Part shown: piece after piece, positions 1 through 13,766 of the stretch
Position numbering within the stretch: the first letter of the stretch is position 1
Layout of the letters: each line of letters opens with the position of its first letter
Assembly (NCBI RefSeq): GCF_006345805.1
Contig: NC_042999.1
Coordinates: forward strand, 111,786,001 to 111,850,000
Source of the DNA: Octopus sinensis
Lineage: Eukaryota
Length of the DNA: 64,000 bases
Direction: 5' to 3'
Notes under the pieces: model-generated
What the model was told of the DNA's origin: nothing
Seen by the model: only the letters and a program-made list of their open reading frames with translations
The model's database searches: none
Position numbers and translations under genes: made by a program

Positions 1-239
1 GATACTATATTGGTCCATCTCAAAAATTACATGCATACAGATATGTTTTCTGTCACTGCCTTGAAGGGTTTTAGTCGTACAGACCGGCCTATTTCATATT
101 TTTATAGTTTGGAACTTATTTTACCGTTTTTTATAGCCGAACCGCTACATTACGAAGACGTGAAGGAAGTAATATTGGTTGCCCTGCGATTGTGGGGATA
201 AATTTACACGCAAGAACATACACATATGCGATTGACTTC

Positions 240-365
240 CCCGCAGTTTCCATCTAGAAGACATTGATTTGCTCAGGTTTTAGTAGAAGACTATACTTGC
301 CTAAGATTTCGCGTTGAAGGACTGAACCCGAAACTATGAGATTGTAAAGCGAGTTTCTAAACCAC
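240..365 (-). mobile_element. Degenerate tRNA-derived SINE family A, head fragment
   Basis: Reverse complement resembles the family A head seen intact at 31157 (gtgtggt...ggttcagtcc...cttgggcaag). Confidence 0.5.
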
Positions 366-514
366 ACGTATATAATGCGTATATACAAATATACGTATAA
401 TATATACGTAATGCGTATATATTAATATAGTTTAGATTTGATTTATTTAAACTTTGTGAATCCAGATATGAATACGTATTTTACATTAAACATACTGCAG
501 GTATTATATTATGT

Positions 515-915
515 GGGTGCAGGCGTCGCTGAGTAGTAAAAGGTCTACTTCCCATCACATGGTTCCGGCTCAATCCCACTGCCTGGTACCTTAGGCAAAT
601 TCTTCTACTACAACCCCGGGCCAAGAAAAGTTTTGTAAGTGGATTTATTTGAGGGAAACTTATAGGAGCCTTTCGCATGTGAGTGTGTGAGAGAGAGATT
701 CTCCCCACCACCGCTTGACAACCGGTGTTGGCGTGTTTACGTCCCGTAAAGATGCCAAAACCGTAAACACGCAACTCGGCAAAAGAGGACGAGAGAAGAA
801 GTACCAGACTTTTTAAAAAAATAACAAATAAGCGCTAGGTTTGATTGTTCGACCAATTCTTCCAGGAGGTGCCTCGGCATGGCCGCAGTCTAATGACGGA
901 AACAAGTAAACAATA
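515..915 (+). mobile_element. SINE family A, diverged near-full-length copy
   Basis: Head, central microsatellite and 3' part (gcttgacaaccg...gcatggccgcagtc..tgac.gaaacaagtaaa) are collinear with 31157-31576. Confidence 0.7.
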
Positions 916-1746
916 AAAGGCATTATTTCTTCTGCATACTATTCCTTTCCCTTTTTAGTACTAGCGTTATAATTTTCCAAATTTCTTTTTCCATTATACT
1001 CATACACACACATACACTCACGTTGAGACAGAAACATGTGTACAGGAATGAACTTTTATCTCTAGACGATTAGCATAGCTTTTTACTTAGTAGCATGTCC
1101 ACTATGAGAAACTGTTGATTCTTGAGAAACTGATCTGACGTGCTGCTTCGTAATTGCGACACATCCTCCAAAGCCAGAAAAAATTTGAAGAAATCATGAA
1201 CTGATTTATAAAAATACTGTTATGAATATTGCAGTATCAAGGCCCAAGCTGTCCAATAGCAAAAACTCAGTAACTGATGCTGACTGTTTTTTAATTAAAA
1301 TTACAGCTTTGAATCTGCTCATAGTCATCTCTCTTCGGTATGTCTCATTGAAGAAGGCCATAAAACCTAAAGTGTGCGTTTGAGAATCCGTTAGGGGGAA
1401 GCACTGGACATATATGAAGTTTTTACACGTTTGCCCAAAAGAGAGAATTTTCTTCTCCTCGGTAACTGTTGTGGATTTGACCTTAGAAGTTAAAATAAGT
1501 CACAAATATATTTTAACTGACCTAAAGTTCGTTAGTATACATGCACGCACACACACACTACATACATACATACATACATACATACATACATACATACATA
1601 CATACATAAATACATACATACATAATACATAAGTATATATATACATACATATATATATATATATTATATATATATATATATTATATATATATATATATAT
1701 AATATATATATATATAATATATATATATATATTATATATATATATA

Positions 1747-1888
1747 CTAAGCAATAAAGGGTTTAGCAACGAATTGCCTTACCACAGACCGAATTTAGAA
1801 ATAGCAGTCAAGAGTTATAGCTATTTCTTCTACTAAAAAGGGAGATCTCAGTAAAAACACACCAATTGGAAGGCAGACACAAACAGGT
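1747..1888. repeat. Dispersed repeat family E, embedded in (TA)n
   Basis: Near-identical reverse complement of 62765-62905. Confidence 0.8.
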
Positions 1889-1936
1889 TATATATAATAT
1901 ATATATATATATATATAATATATATATATATATATA

Positions 1937-2910
1937 CGAGTTTTATTTTCGAACATAGCCTCCTTGTAGTCTACACACTTTTTCTATCGATATTGCAATG
2001 CTTAGATCTCATTGATGAACAAGATTTCATCCTGTTGGTCAAAAATATCATCAACAGCAGATATGACATCATAATCATTGTGGTACTAGTTCCCAGCCAA
2101 AGAGGTGGAGCAGATGAGAGTCAGATGGGACTAAATCAAGAGAATAGCAACAGTGATCAACCAGTTCAAAGCCAGCATGCACAGCAGCCGTTGAAACGAA
2201 GGACTTGTGTGCTGGAGCATTGTTCTGATGAAACAAGGCCCCTTTTATCAGCTTTTTTCGACGTTTGCTCTTAACACCCTTTCGTAACTGCTTCAGCGAG
2301 TTGTCTTTTTACTCTCCATTGATAATGCGGATCTTTCGAAGATAGTCAATAAACACAGTATTTTTTGCATTCTAAAAAATTGAGACCATCAACATCCCTG
2401 CAAATGAAACGACCTTGGCATTTAATGGAGCGGTGACGCGATTAGCCTGGTGGACTTTTCATCAGGTATCAGAAGACGTGGCACTCACCGAGCAGAAATC
2501 TTCGTCATACCAAATTCATTGAAAAGAATATTCTCAACTCTCTCATAGGCTATGCTAATAGCTGTTTCATAGTGAATTGTTTGTAATTCATTGCCATGTG
2601 GTGAATACGATCAACGTTTTCCTCGGTTGTGTTAGCTGCAGGATGTCACAATTCGGGTCATCTTCAAGACTCTGTTTCCTCCAAAATTCAGCTGCTCACT
2701 TTTGCACACTTGATAGAATTGAAGCGCCATTCCCTAATGTAGCAGCTATGTCAGCATGACCGTCCTTGTGGGTTAAACCATTTTCCTGCAGGAACTTGAT
2801 AACAAAACGATACCAAATTGTGTCCATATTCAAGAGAAGTCGCTACTGGTTACTTTTGAATTCTCCTTTGAAAAGTCAATGTCAGTTTACCTGGAAAGAA
2901 ATAAAGTAGT
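1937..2910 (-). mobile_element. Mariner transposon with degenerate transposase (pseudo-ORF 1943-2827)
   Basis: Minus-strand translation gives MDTIWYRFVIKFLQENG..., SLEDDP, YSLDLVPSD (the YSPDLAPSD motif) and a KCVDYK-like C-terminus; there are stops and frameshifts. Confidence 0.85.
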
Positions 2911-2939
2911 TGATAATAAAAAGTATTGAAATTAATCCT

Positions 2940-3510
2940 TTCAATTATAGGCACAAACCTTGAAACTTTGTGGAAGGAAGCTAGTCGATTGCACCAACCC
3001 CAGCACTTAACTGGTGCTTATTCTATCAATCTCAATAGGATGTAAAGCAAAGTCGACCACGGCGGAATTTGAACTCAAAATGTAATGACTGGTGAAATAC
3101 CTATTTCTTTACTACCCACAGGGGTCTAAACACAGAGAGGACAAACAAGGACAGACAAACGGATTAAGTCGATTATATCGACCCCAGTGCGTAACTAGTA
3201 CTTATTTAATCGACCCCGAAAGGATGAAAGGCCAAGTCGACCTCGGCGGAATTTGAACTCAGACCGTAACGGCAGACGAAATACCTATTTCTTTATTACC
3301 CACAAGGGGCTAAACACAGAGCGGACAAACAAGGACAGACATAGGTATTAAGTCGATTACATCGACCCCAGTGCGTAACTGGTACTTAATTTATCGACCC
3401 CGAAACGATGAAAGGCAAAGTCGACCTCGGCGGAATTTGAACTCACAACGTAACGCAGACGAAATACTGCTAAGCATATTTCCCGGCATGCTAAAGATTC
3501 GTACAGCTTG
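2940..3510 (-). mobile_element. SINE family B, trimeric form with two internal ~184-bp units
   Basis: The unit gaaatacctatttc...gaactcag recurs at ~3095 and ~3279. tRNA-like head with B box GAGTTCAAATTCC; body cctttcatcctttcggggtcgataaa..aagtaccag resembles the Deu/Nin SINE domain (from recall). Confidence 0.85.
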
Positions 3511-3608
3511 TCGCTTTAAGTGTTGGAATTAATACATGCAAGATTTCACAGCTCTAACGTCACTCCTTCATAATCAGCCTATGAACTTTTCAGCACACAA
3601 TCGTGTGT

Positions 3609-3642
<34 letters not shown>

Positions 3643-3959
3643 TGAGTGTGTCTGTGCTGGTGTGTATGTGCGTAAAGACAGATATATACATATGTACATG
3701 CATACATACATACAAGCATATGATAAAGTCATGAATATTGAAGTTAGTATATTACTTTTGTCATGAGGAAATCGCCTAGATTATATATCCCCATTAACTT
3801 ACATAAATGCATGCACGGATGCATGTATACATACATGCATACATACATACATACATACATACATACATACATACATACATACATACATACATACATACAT
3901 ACATACATACATACTTACATATGCATTCATATGCATTTTTTACAGCGAGGCTAAATTCC

Positions 3960-4880
3960 ATGTTTATTAAAATATAACTTAAATTTTAATTTATTGCAAA
4001 CTTTAGGATGTAACTCAATATCCGTTTCGTCTCAGCTATACATAAATTACATATTTTTTTGTCACATTGTCGCATGGCCTGAAAACTTTTCCATTTATCA
4101 GAATTAGAATCCTTTTCAAATAAATGTTTCATTGACAATATTATATTCTTATTTTCGGCATATGATAAAGTTATTTTCGGCATATGATAAGTTAATATAT
4201 ATTTGAAATAACGTTTCTTACACCAAAGTTTCTGCATGCCAATGTATGCACACTCTGTAGTGTTGTTTAATTTAGTGGAGGTAAATTCTACACCATCTGT
4301 ATTATCGTTTCTGAACCGCATTACTTATTCTATGGACATATGTTAGTGTATCTGGACGTACTGTTAGCCTGTGATAACATTCTTCACTAATGTATATTAA
4401 TACATTTTACGTCGGGTAGGAGTTCACCTGTAATTCATATTTTGACTTTTTGCACGGTTGAACGCTTTTCTGTAGCAGATGTTAATTGGAATATGCTTCA
4501 TTATTATGTTAAAGAAATAATTAGTAAAAGTTACCTTGACAATCAAGAAAAAGGATATCTAAACTAGATGTTGTGGGATGTATTGTTGCATAACTATGTA
4601 TTAGGCGTTTAAGTAATCTTACATTTGAATCTGTTAACTATTAAGCATTATTATAATATGGGAAGAGCACCTTATCATTTCTTTCATGAAAGGTTGCAGA
4701 TACTTCTTCTGGAGCTAATGACTGGATTTCTAAAAGCTGTTGATGAATGGGTGGTTGGAATCGTTATAAATCAATGGAAGTTTGTGTATTTATCTGCGAT
4801 TAAATTTAGAGTATCAGTAAAGAAATTTTCGATACTAAGGTTGGTAGTATAAAATATTTTTTAAAACTGAAAAACTTAAA
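3960..4880 (-). mobile_element. Degenerate Penelope-like element, RT C-terminus to GIY-YIG endonuclease
   Basis: ORF 3986-4321 contains YIGM...KKRY...KW...CNLCIAETKRIL, matching the PLE GIY-YIG layout. Upstream broken frames give SNHP, ALPYYNNA-like and CP.N..C segments. Confidence 0.6.
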
Positions 4881-5122
4881 GGGCTTCATGATATAAATTT
4901 TTTTAAAGTGTGTGCCCATTGAGCGCAATCAGTAGCAAGTGTCCTCTAACAACTGTATATTGAGATATAAGAATACTGATATAAAGAAAAGCAATAGGAG
5001 CTAAATTTAACTCAGTGTGCAGTTTGTAGATGATTGCCATTGATGACTCCCAAACAAGCAGAAATATGTATGAAGAAATACCAGCACCGCTGCTGGACGT
5101 TTTTGTCTCCTACCGATATATG

Positions 5123-5216
<94 letters not shown>

Positions 5217-5363
5217 TTTTCTAACAATATACGTCTAGAACACAAGCTTTTGAGAGGCAAATACCGCAGTAGTCAGGCTTTCAACAGTACATCTGCTTTA
5301 AATATAATATATTGATTGCTATTTTTAAAAATAGTACCTCAGGAGCAAGTAACTATTGTGTTG

Positions 5364-5394
<31 letters not shown>

Positions 5395-5398
<4 letters not shown>

Positions 5399-5490
5399 CA
5401 CATCTTTTATCTTTTTCCTTGTTTCAATCATTAGACTACGGCCATGCTGGAGGACTGCTTTGAAGAATATTTAGTCGAATGAATCAACGT
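5395..5490 (-). mobile_element. SINE family A, 3' tail fragment
   Basis: cttgtttcaatcattagactacggccatgctggag is the reverse complement of the family A tail. Confidence 0.55.
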
Positions 5491-6009
5491 CATTACACAA
5501 GTATACACATCACACGCACACTCACACACATCACACACAACACACACACATATATTATATATATATATAATATACATACATCTATATATGCGCATACATA
5601 TGTACATTAATAAATATATATATATAAATATATATATATATAATATATATGTATGTATATATGTATGTGTGTATGTATGTGTATATGTATGCACGTATGC
5701 ATGTATGTATTTATGCACGCATGTACATACGTATGTAGTATGTATGTATGTATGTATGCATAAATATATATATATATATATATATTTAATATATCAACTG
5801 ATGAGTGATAGGTTATTTATATAGCCTGTGTGATGTTTTTCTCACTCTCACCACCAGCCTCCGACCTGTACAATATTTTCGCTAAAGAGAAAACAAAACT
5901 GGTTTGTTACAATCCATATATTAATAAATAAATACGCACTTATACACATCCGTGTACAGACGCACACTCGCGCATATGCAGACAAAGGTGCACACATTTA
6001 TTTAAATAA

Positions 6010-6062
<53 letters not shown>

Positions 6063-6091
6063 CATATGTACATGCATACGTACTTACATGC

Positions 6092-6122
<31 letters not shown>

Positions 6123-6776
6123 TATATTAAATATATTGTATATTATATATACGTATGCATACACACACAGACTTCACACACACATATATATATGCAATGA
6201 AGTATGTAAATATATGTGTGAGTGTATGTGTGTGTGTCTGTGTATATACGTATTTATGAATTTATATATGGACAAAGTGCGTGTGCGCGCGCGCGCGCGT
6301 GTGAATTTTTACACATTCAGCTTTTGATTACATATTAATTAATTAATCTGATAAGAGAAAGAGCCACCCGATCGAACGGATGCCAACAGCACCATCAACA
6401 CGATTTACACTACCCACTCCTCTTCACCCTTTTCACACACACTAAATTACCTCTCCTCGACATCAACATTATTACAAACACCAGCAGTGTCACTGATCTC
6501 GTTACCGACCCTGCTTTCCCCTTCTTTTTCTTTCTGTCTTTCTTTTTTTTTTTTTTGTATGTTTCTCCACCGGGTCTGTGTTTGATGTTGCTTTTGAGTT
6601 CTTGAGACACAGTTTCCGAAATAATAGCTAATCGTTAGTGTTCAAACTAACACCCTTATCGTGCTGATGGCAATTTTGATGGCAAATATCATAAACTCAC
6701 TATATATGTGTGTGTGTGTTGTGTGTGTGCTGTGTGTGTGCGTATGTGTATATGTGTGTGTGTATATATGTACGTA

Positions 6777-6846
<70 letters not shown>

Positions 6847-7093
6847 ATATGTATACATATATATTTATATATGTACGTATTATATATTTATTTATTTATT
6901 TATATATATATACATATATATATGTGTGTATGTATGTATGTATGTATGTATGTATGTATGTATATGTACGTATGCGTATATGTATACATATATATTTATA
7001 TACATATAAATTTATATATGTATATGTGTGTACATATATATAAATATATGGGTGTATTTGTATCTATATATATATATACACACACACGCACAC

Positions 7094-7125
<32 letters not shown>

Positions 7126-7466
7126 GCACACATATAGATACATACACACTCGCAACATCTGCACTAGTCCACTCCTTGTTCCCCACTCTGCATCCTCATC
7201 TCTTTCTTTTCGTCTTTTTCTTTACTTACGTTCTTTTCACTTCCTTGTCTTTTTCGTCATTGTCGTCGTTGTCGTCGTCATCATCATCATCATCATTACC
7301 TGCCCCACCACTGTCATGCCTATCTACCATCGGTCGACTGCCGTGCTCATTGGTACCACCGCTGTCACCACCACCACAACCACCACCACCACCACCACTA
7401 CCATCAAAATCATTAACAGCATCAGATGTTTAGGGTCCCAGACTATAGCTAACAGCCATAACATCG

Positions 7467-7526
<60 letters not shown>

Positions 7527-7786
7527 TGCTGTTGTTGTTGCTGCTAGAAGAAAAAGAAGAAGAAGAACAACAACAACAACAACAATAACGACAACAACAA
7601 CAAGAGGAACAATAACGAGAACAACAACAACAAGAACGACAACAACGTGATCGGGGAGACAGGGTAAGAGTAGGTGGAGGGTTTAATCAAAGCGTTATTT
7701 CTCTTTGACTGTGGGGTTTGCATTCGCACGGTTTCACACCTACGCCTAGTATGTCGACTACACATTACACACGTACATGCATACAA

Positions 7787-7832
<46 letters not shown>

Positions 7833-8485
7833 GAAAACATACGTGCATACGTACGTACATAGGTACATACATGCATACGTACGGACATATATTCTTACAC
7901 GATTATATGTGACACAAAGACAACTGTGAAAACACGCCGACATTCACACCTAGTCCAGCGCTCGTACTTATTCAGACACATACGCGCGCGCACACACTCA
8001 CACACACACATACACACATACACACGCATACATACTGGTACACACGGTGAGGCACATAGTGACGCCCACACTGGCGTGCAGACATGACACTTTTATTTAC
8101 GCTATGGCACGCATCTAATCACATACATGAGGTACAACACGGCGAAACCTTTACCACAAACATGCGCGCACATATCTATACGCATCATTTATATAATCTT
8201 TCCCGTTTTACGCATATTCCTTTGTACCTATACACACCTCACTGTCTTCAGCTTAAGCATGGTGTCTCGATATGCTAGAAAATGCAGCGATTCCTTCTCA
8301 GAATGGATCACCACTGACGTTTTTTTAAAACAAAGTAGGACGAATTGAACAATGAAGTGATTCATGAAAGCGTATTTCTGGAGAAAAAATGGTACATTGC
8401 CATGGAATGATCCCACCCCCTTTCGAATATAGTTTAATTGGATAAGCGTTAAAGAACATCAAAGGCTCTCCAGATATTAAAACGA

Positions 8486-9308
8486 GATTTGCCCTAATAA
8501 TCCTTTCGACTATAGACACAAGGCCTCAAATTTTGGGGGAGGGAACTAGTAGGTTACATCGATCCCATTGCGCAACCGGTATTTATTTCATCGACCTCGA
8601 AAAGATGAAAGGCAAAGTCGACCTTAACGCAAAGACGGACGAAATACCTATTTCTTTACTACCCACAAGGGGCTAAACACAGAGGAGACAAACAAGAACA
8701 GACAGACGGATTAAGTCGATTATTTCGACTCCAGTGCGTAACTGGTACTTAATTTATCGACCCCGAAAGGATGAAAGGCAAAGTCGACCTCGGTGGAATT
8801 TGAACTCAGAACTTAACGGCAGACGAAATACTGTTAACCATTTTGTCCGGCGTGCTAAGGATTCTACCAGCTCGGCGCCTTCGATTTGCCCTAATAATCT
8901 TTTCTACTCCAGGCACAAGGCCCGAAAATTTTTGGGAAGTGGGTCAGTCAATCAGATAGACTCCAGTACGCAACTGGTACTTAATTTATCGACTCTGAAA
9001 GGATGAAAGTCAAAGTCGACCTCGGCGGAATTTGAACTCAGAACGTAAAGACGAAATACCTATTTCTTTACTACCCACAAGGGCTAAACACAGAGAGGAC
9101 AAACAAGGACAGATAAACGGATTAAGTCGATTATATCGACCCCAGTGCGTAACTGGTACTTATTTAATCGACCCCGAAAGGATGAAAGTCAAAGTCGACC
9201 TCGGCGGAATTTGAACTCAGAACGTAGCGGTAGACGAAATACTGCTAAGTATTTCGCCCGGAGTGCTAACGATTCTGCCATCTCGCCACATTGATTTGCC
9301 CTAATAAT
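8486..9308 (-). mobile_element. Two tandem dimeric SINE family B copies
   Basis: Two ~400-bp units, each made of head + internal unit + tail, delimited by GATTTGCCCTAATAAT at 8486, 8883 and 9293. Confidence 0.85.
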
Positions 9309-9976
9309 AATACACCCCCTTGTCAATACGTGCGTTTGCGCACGGGCACACACATACACACATATATACACACAGAAAAACATTTATCTCTTATTATAAA
9401 AGGCAGATTTTATTTACCTCCCTTTGGGAGTTATACAAATCTACAATATAGGATTTCTTCAATTACAATTTACCTACCATTTTAAAGAGTACAATGCATC
9501 GCGTCATGCCAGGTCCAGTTTTTAAAATTTAAACTCCAATTAAGCAAAATTTACAGAAAACTCACATTCTGGTGTGTGTGTCAAATGCTTTTCTTAGTCT
9601 GGTTTACACCACACGCAAACGCACACACACAGTGGGCAACGAATAAAGTGAAACTAGATGTAATATTTGTTTCTCTCTATCACGCTGATAGATACATGAG
9701 TAAAATGTATGGGAAGCTAACACATAAGTGTGAGTGAAAATGTTCTTGGAAGAGAGTAAATAGCCAGAGATAGTGATTTGAGGAAGACTTTACATTAAAT
9801 AACCGTACTGGCTTGTGTTAGTAATAAAGTAAACATACACTCATACATACATACATACATACATACATACATACATACATACATACATACATACAACACC
9901 ACACATACATACATACATACATACACATACACATACATACACACATACATACATACATACATATACATACATACAT

Positions 9977-10007
<31 letters not shown>

Positions 10008-10404
10008 GTATTGAAGCTTGAGAACAATCAGATACATTTGCAACACATCTGTTGAAAATAGTATTGTTCACACACATACATATACATATATACATACAGA
10101 CAGACAGATAGACACACACACACACACACACGATCCAGCATGGCCACAACCTCAAGGCTGAAACATATAAAAGAATAACAGAATATAAATGTGTGCATGT
10201 GTGTGAGAGAGAGAGTGTGTGTGTATATGTATGTATGTATGTATGTATATATATATAATAATGCGGTTTTTTCAACAGCTTGAACTAAAAGTCAGAGGGG
10301 AATGGGATAAAACTACTTATATTAACTTGCTATAAAAGCAGGTAGTAATTTTATCTTGTCCTTATTCATAGTGCAAGTTTTGAAGAGTGCATTTCGATTT
10401 TAAC

Positions 10405-10690
10405 AGCTATTTTTTTCAAAGCTATATTGGAACAGCCTAGAAGACGAGCCTCATCCTGAAAGATCTATAGAACTCGACAAGGACATCCTGAAAACCCTGG
10501 GGACAAAATCTCATCGTAACTGTTGAGGAACTAGCAGAGAAGCTTGGATTTGGTCATTCAACCATTCATTGAGACCTGTGTGCTATCGGAAAAGTCAGCA
10601 AATTGGGTCAATGGGTTCCTCACGAACTTTCCGAGTCTAATTGCATGCAGAGAGTGAATGTATGCTTTTTTGCTGTCACATCTCACCACT
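10405..10690 (+). mobile_element. Mariner transposase fragment
   Basis: Translates to SLEDEPHPERSIELDKDIL...TVEELAEKLGFGHSTIH*...KLGQWVPHELSE, containing the WVPHEL motif. Confidence 0.85.
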
Positions 10691-10705
10691 ACTGCGCTAT
10701 GTATA

Positions 10706-11343
10706 TCTATAAAATAAAAACTGTAGTTGTGTGAGTGTCTGTCCCCTCGATTTAGATTCCTAACTACTCCACACATTTTGCGGTGCAGTTTAACCAAATT
10801 CGGGGTAGCTTATAGTCTCTTGATCATATCGAGCCCGTCTGAGTATTAGCGCGCGTCTACGAGGAGTCTACGATTTTAAAAAAAATTTAACATCATTTTT
10901 TATTCCATTTTTAATGCATAATTTTTCGTGTGTCGATGGCGGCGGAGTTGGCATCCACGCTCACACCTGCACCTGTGGGGAAGGGAGTGCAAGGAAATCA
11001 ACGTCGTAATGCGTTGTCAAGGAGACCAGCGTTCTTTTAGAACAACGACTTCATGGCTTGAAGACACCAAAACAGAAATGGCTAAGAAAGCGTCTACATG
11101 AGTCTACGATTTTAAAAAAATTACCATCGTTTTTTTTCCATTTTAATGCATTTTTTCGCTATTATATAAGGGAAGTAACTCTCTAAAAATGTCTACGATG
11201 AGTCAACGATTTTTCAAAAAATTTACCATCATATTTTTTCCATTTTTAATGCATTTTTTGCTATTTTTTGGCTATAACTCTCTAAAAATGCTTATATAGT
11301 TATTTCCCTTACAAACCCGAGCAACGCTGGGCGATACTGCTAG
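10706..11343 (+). mobile_element. Non-autonomous Helitron
   Basis: 5' A|TC at 10705-10707, 3' CTAG|T at 11340-11344, subterminal GC-rich hairpin cccgagcaacgctggg, no TSD. An internal motif (gtctacga...ttccattttaatgca) occurs three times. Confidence 0.75.
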
Positions 11344-11392
11344 TACCCATATAAACCTGCACAGATACCCATCCATTCATTTGGTGGTCTTT

Positions 11393-11712
11393 GTAAGCCT
11401 AGTACTTATTCTTTCGGTCTCTTTTGCCGAACCGTTAAGTTACGGGGATGTAAACACACCAACATCGGTTGTCAAGCGAAGGAGGGGTGACAAACAGACA
11501 GACAAATATATATATACACACCCACACACACACCCATACACATATATATACGACGGTCTTCTTTCAGTTTCTGTCTACCAAATCCACTCACAAGGCTTTA
11601 GTCGGTGCGTGACCATAGTAGAAGGCATCTGCCCAAGGTGCCACGCAGTGGGACTGAACACGGAATCGTATGGTTAGGAAGCAAGCTTCTTACCACACAG
11701 CCACACCTGTGC
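11393..11712 (-). mobile_element. SINE family A
   Basis: Collinear with the family A consensus on the minus strand. Confidence 0.8.
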
Positions 11713-12494
11713 TTATATTACAAAATAGTTATAATACATTTACTCAGATATAGTATTTTAATGTCTACATTGCCAGATTTGCTTACATCGCTGAAGAATA
11801 TTTTTGCTAAAATATCTGACCTGAAATGCCATTATAATTTATACTCTTTCATTTTTGTTCTAAAGGAGGTAAAAGAAGGCATGACACTTTTTAGATAAAT
11901 AAATACATACAACGAACGCACAAACATACATACACACATACCAACAAACACACACATATGTATATGAATTTTCATGCACACAAACATCCTACGTACGTGT
12001 CGATTATAACTTGTAACAAATCTAAAAGAATTGAACATGTATTGACATTTCATAGACTATCATACTAAAATAGCAATTTTCAAATCTAATTTCTTCGAAT
12101 TTCCGTCATTTTGTCTTAAGACCTGTATTGTATTTGTATTTTTTCTACAAACGTTTACCAATAGACACGAAATAAATTTTTGTGTATCTCTTCAGCTGAT
12201 GGTTCAGATAATATATTTATTTCTAACCAATGAAAAGAGGCTTGTATGTATCTACCAGTTAGGAAATATCCAATCAAGCTGCCTCTGTGTGACAAAAGTT
12301 ATTTCATAGAGTTTAGTTTCTCAGCCAAACTTTACAATAACTTTCTTGTAAAATTAAATTGAAGGATTGACGAGTTAGGTTTTTATTTTCAATGTTGTTT
12401 TATTTATTTGTTTATTGACCGCCACAGATTTTGCAGATATATCTAAAATGTTGATACGCTAACATTGCGAAATATCAAGCAGACGTATAAATGA

Positions 12495-12662
12495 TTAGGG
12501 TTGGTTGTGTGGTTAAGAAGTCTCCTTCCCAAACATGTGGTCGTTCGTTCAGTCCCACAGTGTAGCTCTTTTGGCGAATCAAATATCTCCTATAAATGAA
12601 ATATCTCCGGGTTGACCAATGCCTTTAAGTGGTCATACTTGATGGAAACAAAAAGCTCGTCG
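12495..12662 (+). mobile_element. SINE family A, diverged head
   Basis: ttggttgtgtggttaagaag...cgttcagtcccac...gaaacaaaaagctcgtcg. Confidence 0.55.
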
Positions 12663-12675
12663 TATATATATATAT

Positions 12676-13056
12676 ATTCTTTCACTTCTGTTAGTCATTT
12701 GATTGCGGACATGCTGAAACACCGCCTTTAATGGAACAAATCGACCCCAGAACTTATTCTTTTGTAAGCCTAGTACTTATTCGTCGATCTTGCTTGCAGC
12801 ACCACGAGATTACGTAGACGTAAACACACAAACACCGGTTGTCAAGCGAAGGCGGGAAGACAAACACAGACACACTCACACATATATATACGACGGGCTT
12901 CTCTCAGTTTCCGTCTATCAAATCCACTCACAAAACTTTGGTCGGCCTAAGTCTATAGCAAAAAACACTTGCCCAAAGTGCCACGCAGTGGGACTGAACC
13001 TGGAACCATGTGGTTGGCAATCAAGCTTCTTACCAAACAGCCACTCCTGCGCCTAT
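12676..13056 (-). mobile_element. SINE family A
   Basis: Tail, central CA/TA tract and head are all present. Confidence 0.8.
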
Positions 13057-13063
13057 AAAAAAT

Positions 13064-13097
<34 letters not shown>

Positions 13098-13116
13098 TAT
13101 ATTATATAATATATAT

Positions 13117-13261
<145 letters not shown>

Positions 13262-13381
13262 TTAATAAGGGTGAGAGAATTAGATACTATTTAATAGTAT
13301 ATCTATTCAACACCAAGTGGCCTAGTGCTCCGAGAAACCTGGATTATTATAATATTTTATAATATATTATAATATTTTTAC

Positions 13382-13766
13382 AAAATAAATATAAGAGAGT
13401 GGTCACTATATGGCTCATCTAGCACCAGTTAATCCAAAAGGTTTCAACCACAAAAATACATGTTTCCCATGAAAGTCAGTACGATTGTTAGCTCACACAG
13501 ACAGGGCAAATAAAAAATAACAAAATACAGATTATTTTGGGACAATTGTTTCGCTATTAATGAATTAAATACATTTAATTACATTTAATTCATTAATAGC
13601 GAAACAATTGTCCCAAAATAATCTGTATTTTTGTTATTTTTTATTTGCCCTGTCCGTGTGAGCTAACAATCGTACTGACTTTCATGGGAAACATGTATTT
13701 TTGTGTTGAAACCTTTTGGATTAACTGGTGCTAGAGTGAGCCATATAGTGACCACTCTCTTATATT

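Noticed and set aside
1993-2274. 93-aa plus-strand ORF
   Set aside because: Antisense shadow of the minus-strand mariner transposase.
3095-3470. Regularly spaced repeats suggestive of a CRISPR array or a retrozyme
   Set aside because: The units are contiguous SINE segments with no unique spacers, and I found no hammerhead core on either strand.
5798-5835. CTGATGAG followed by a possible stem
   Set aside because: No GAAA or stem III partner downstream; at most a truncated HHR.
8250-8335. Plus-strand exon-like segment (MVSRYARKCSDSFSEWITTDVFLKQ)
   Set aside because: Splice-like sites are common by chance in this AT-rich DNA, and there is no homology or linked exon.
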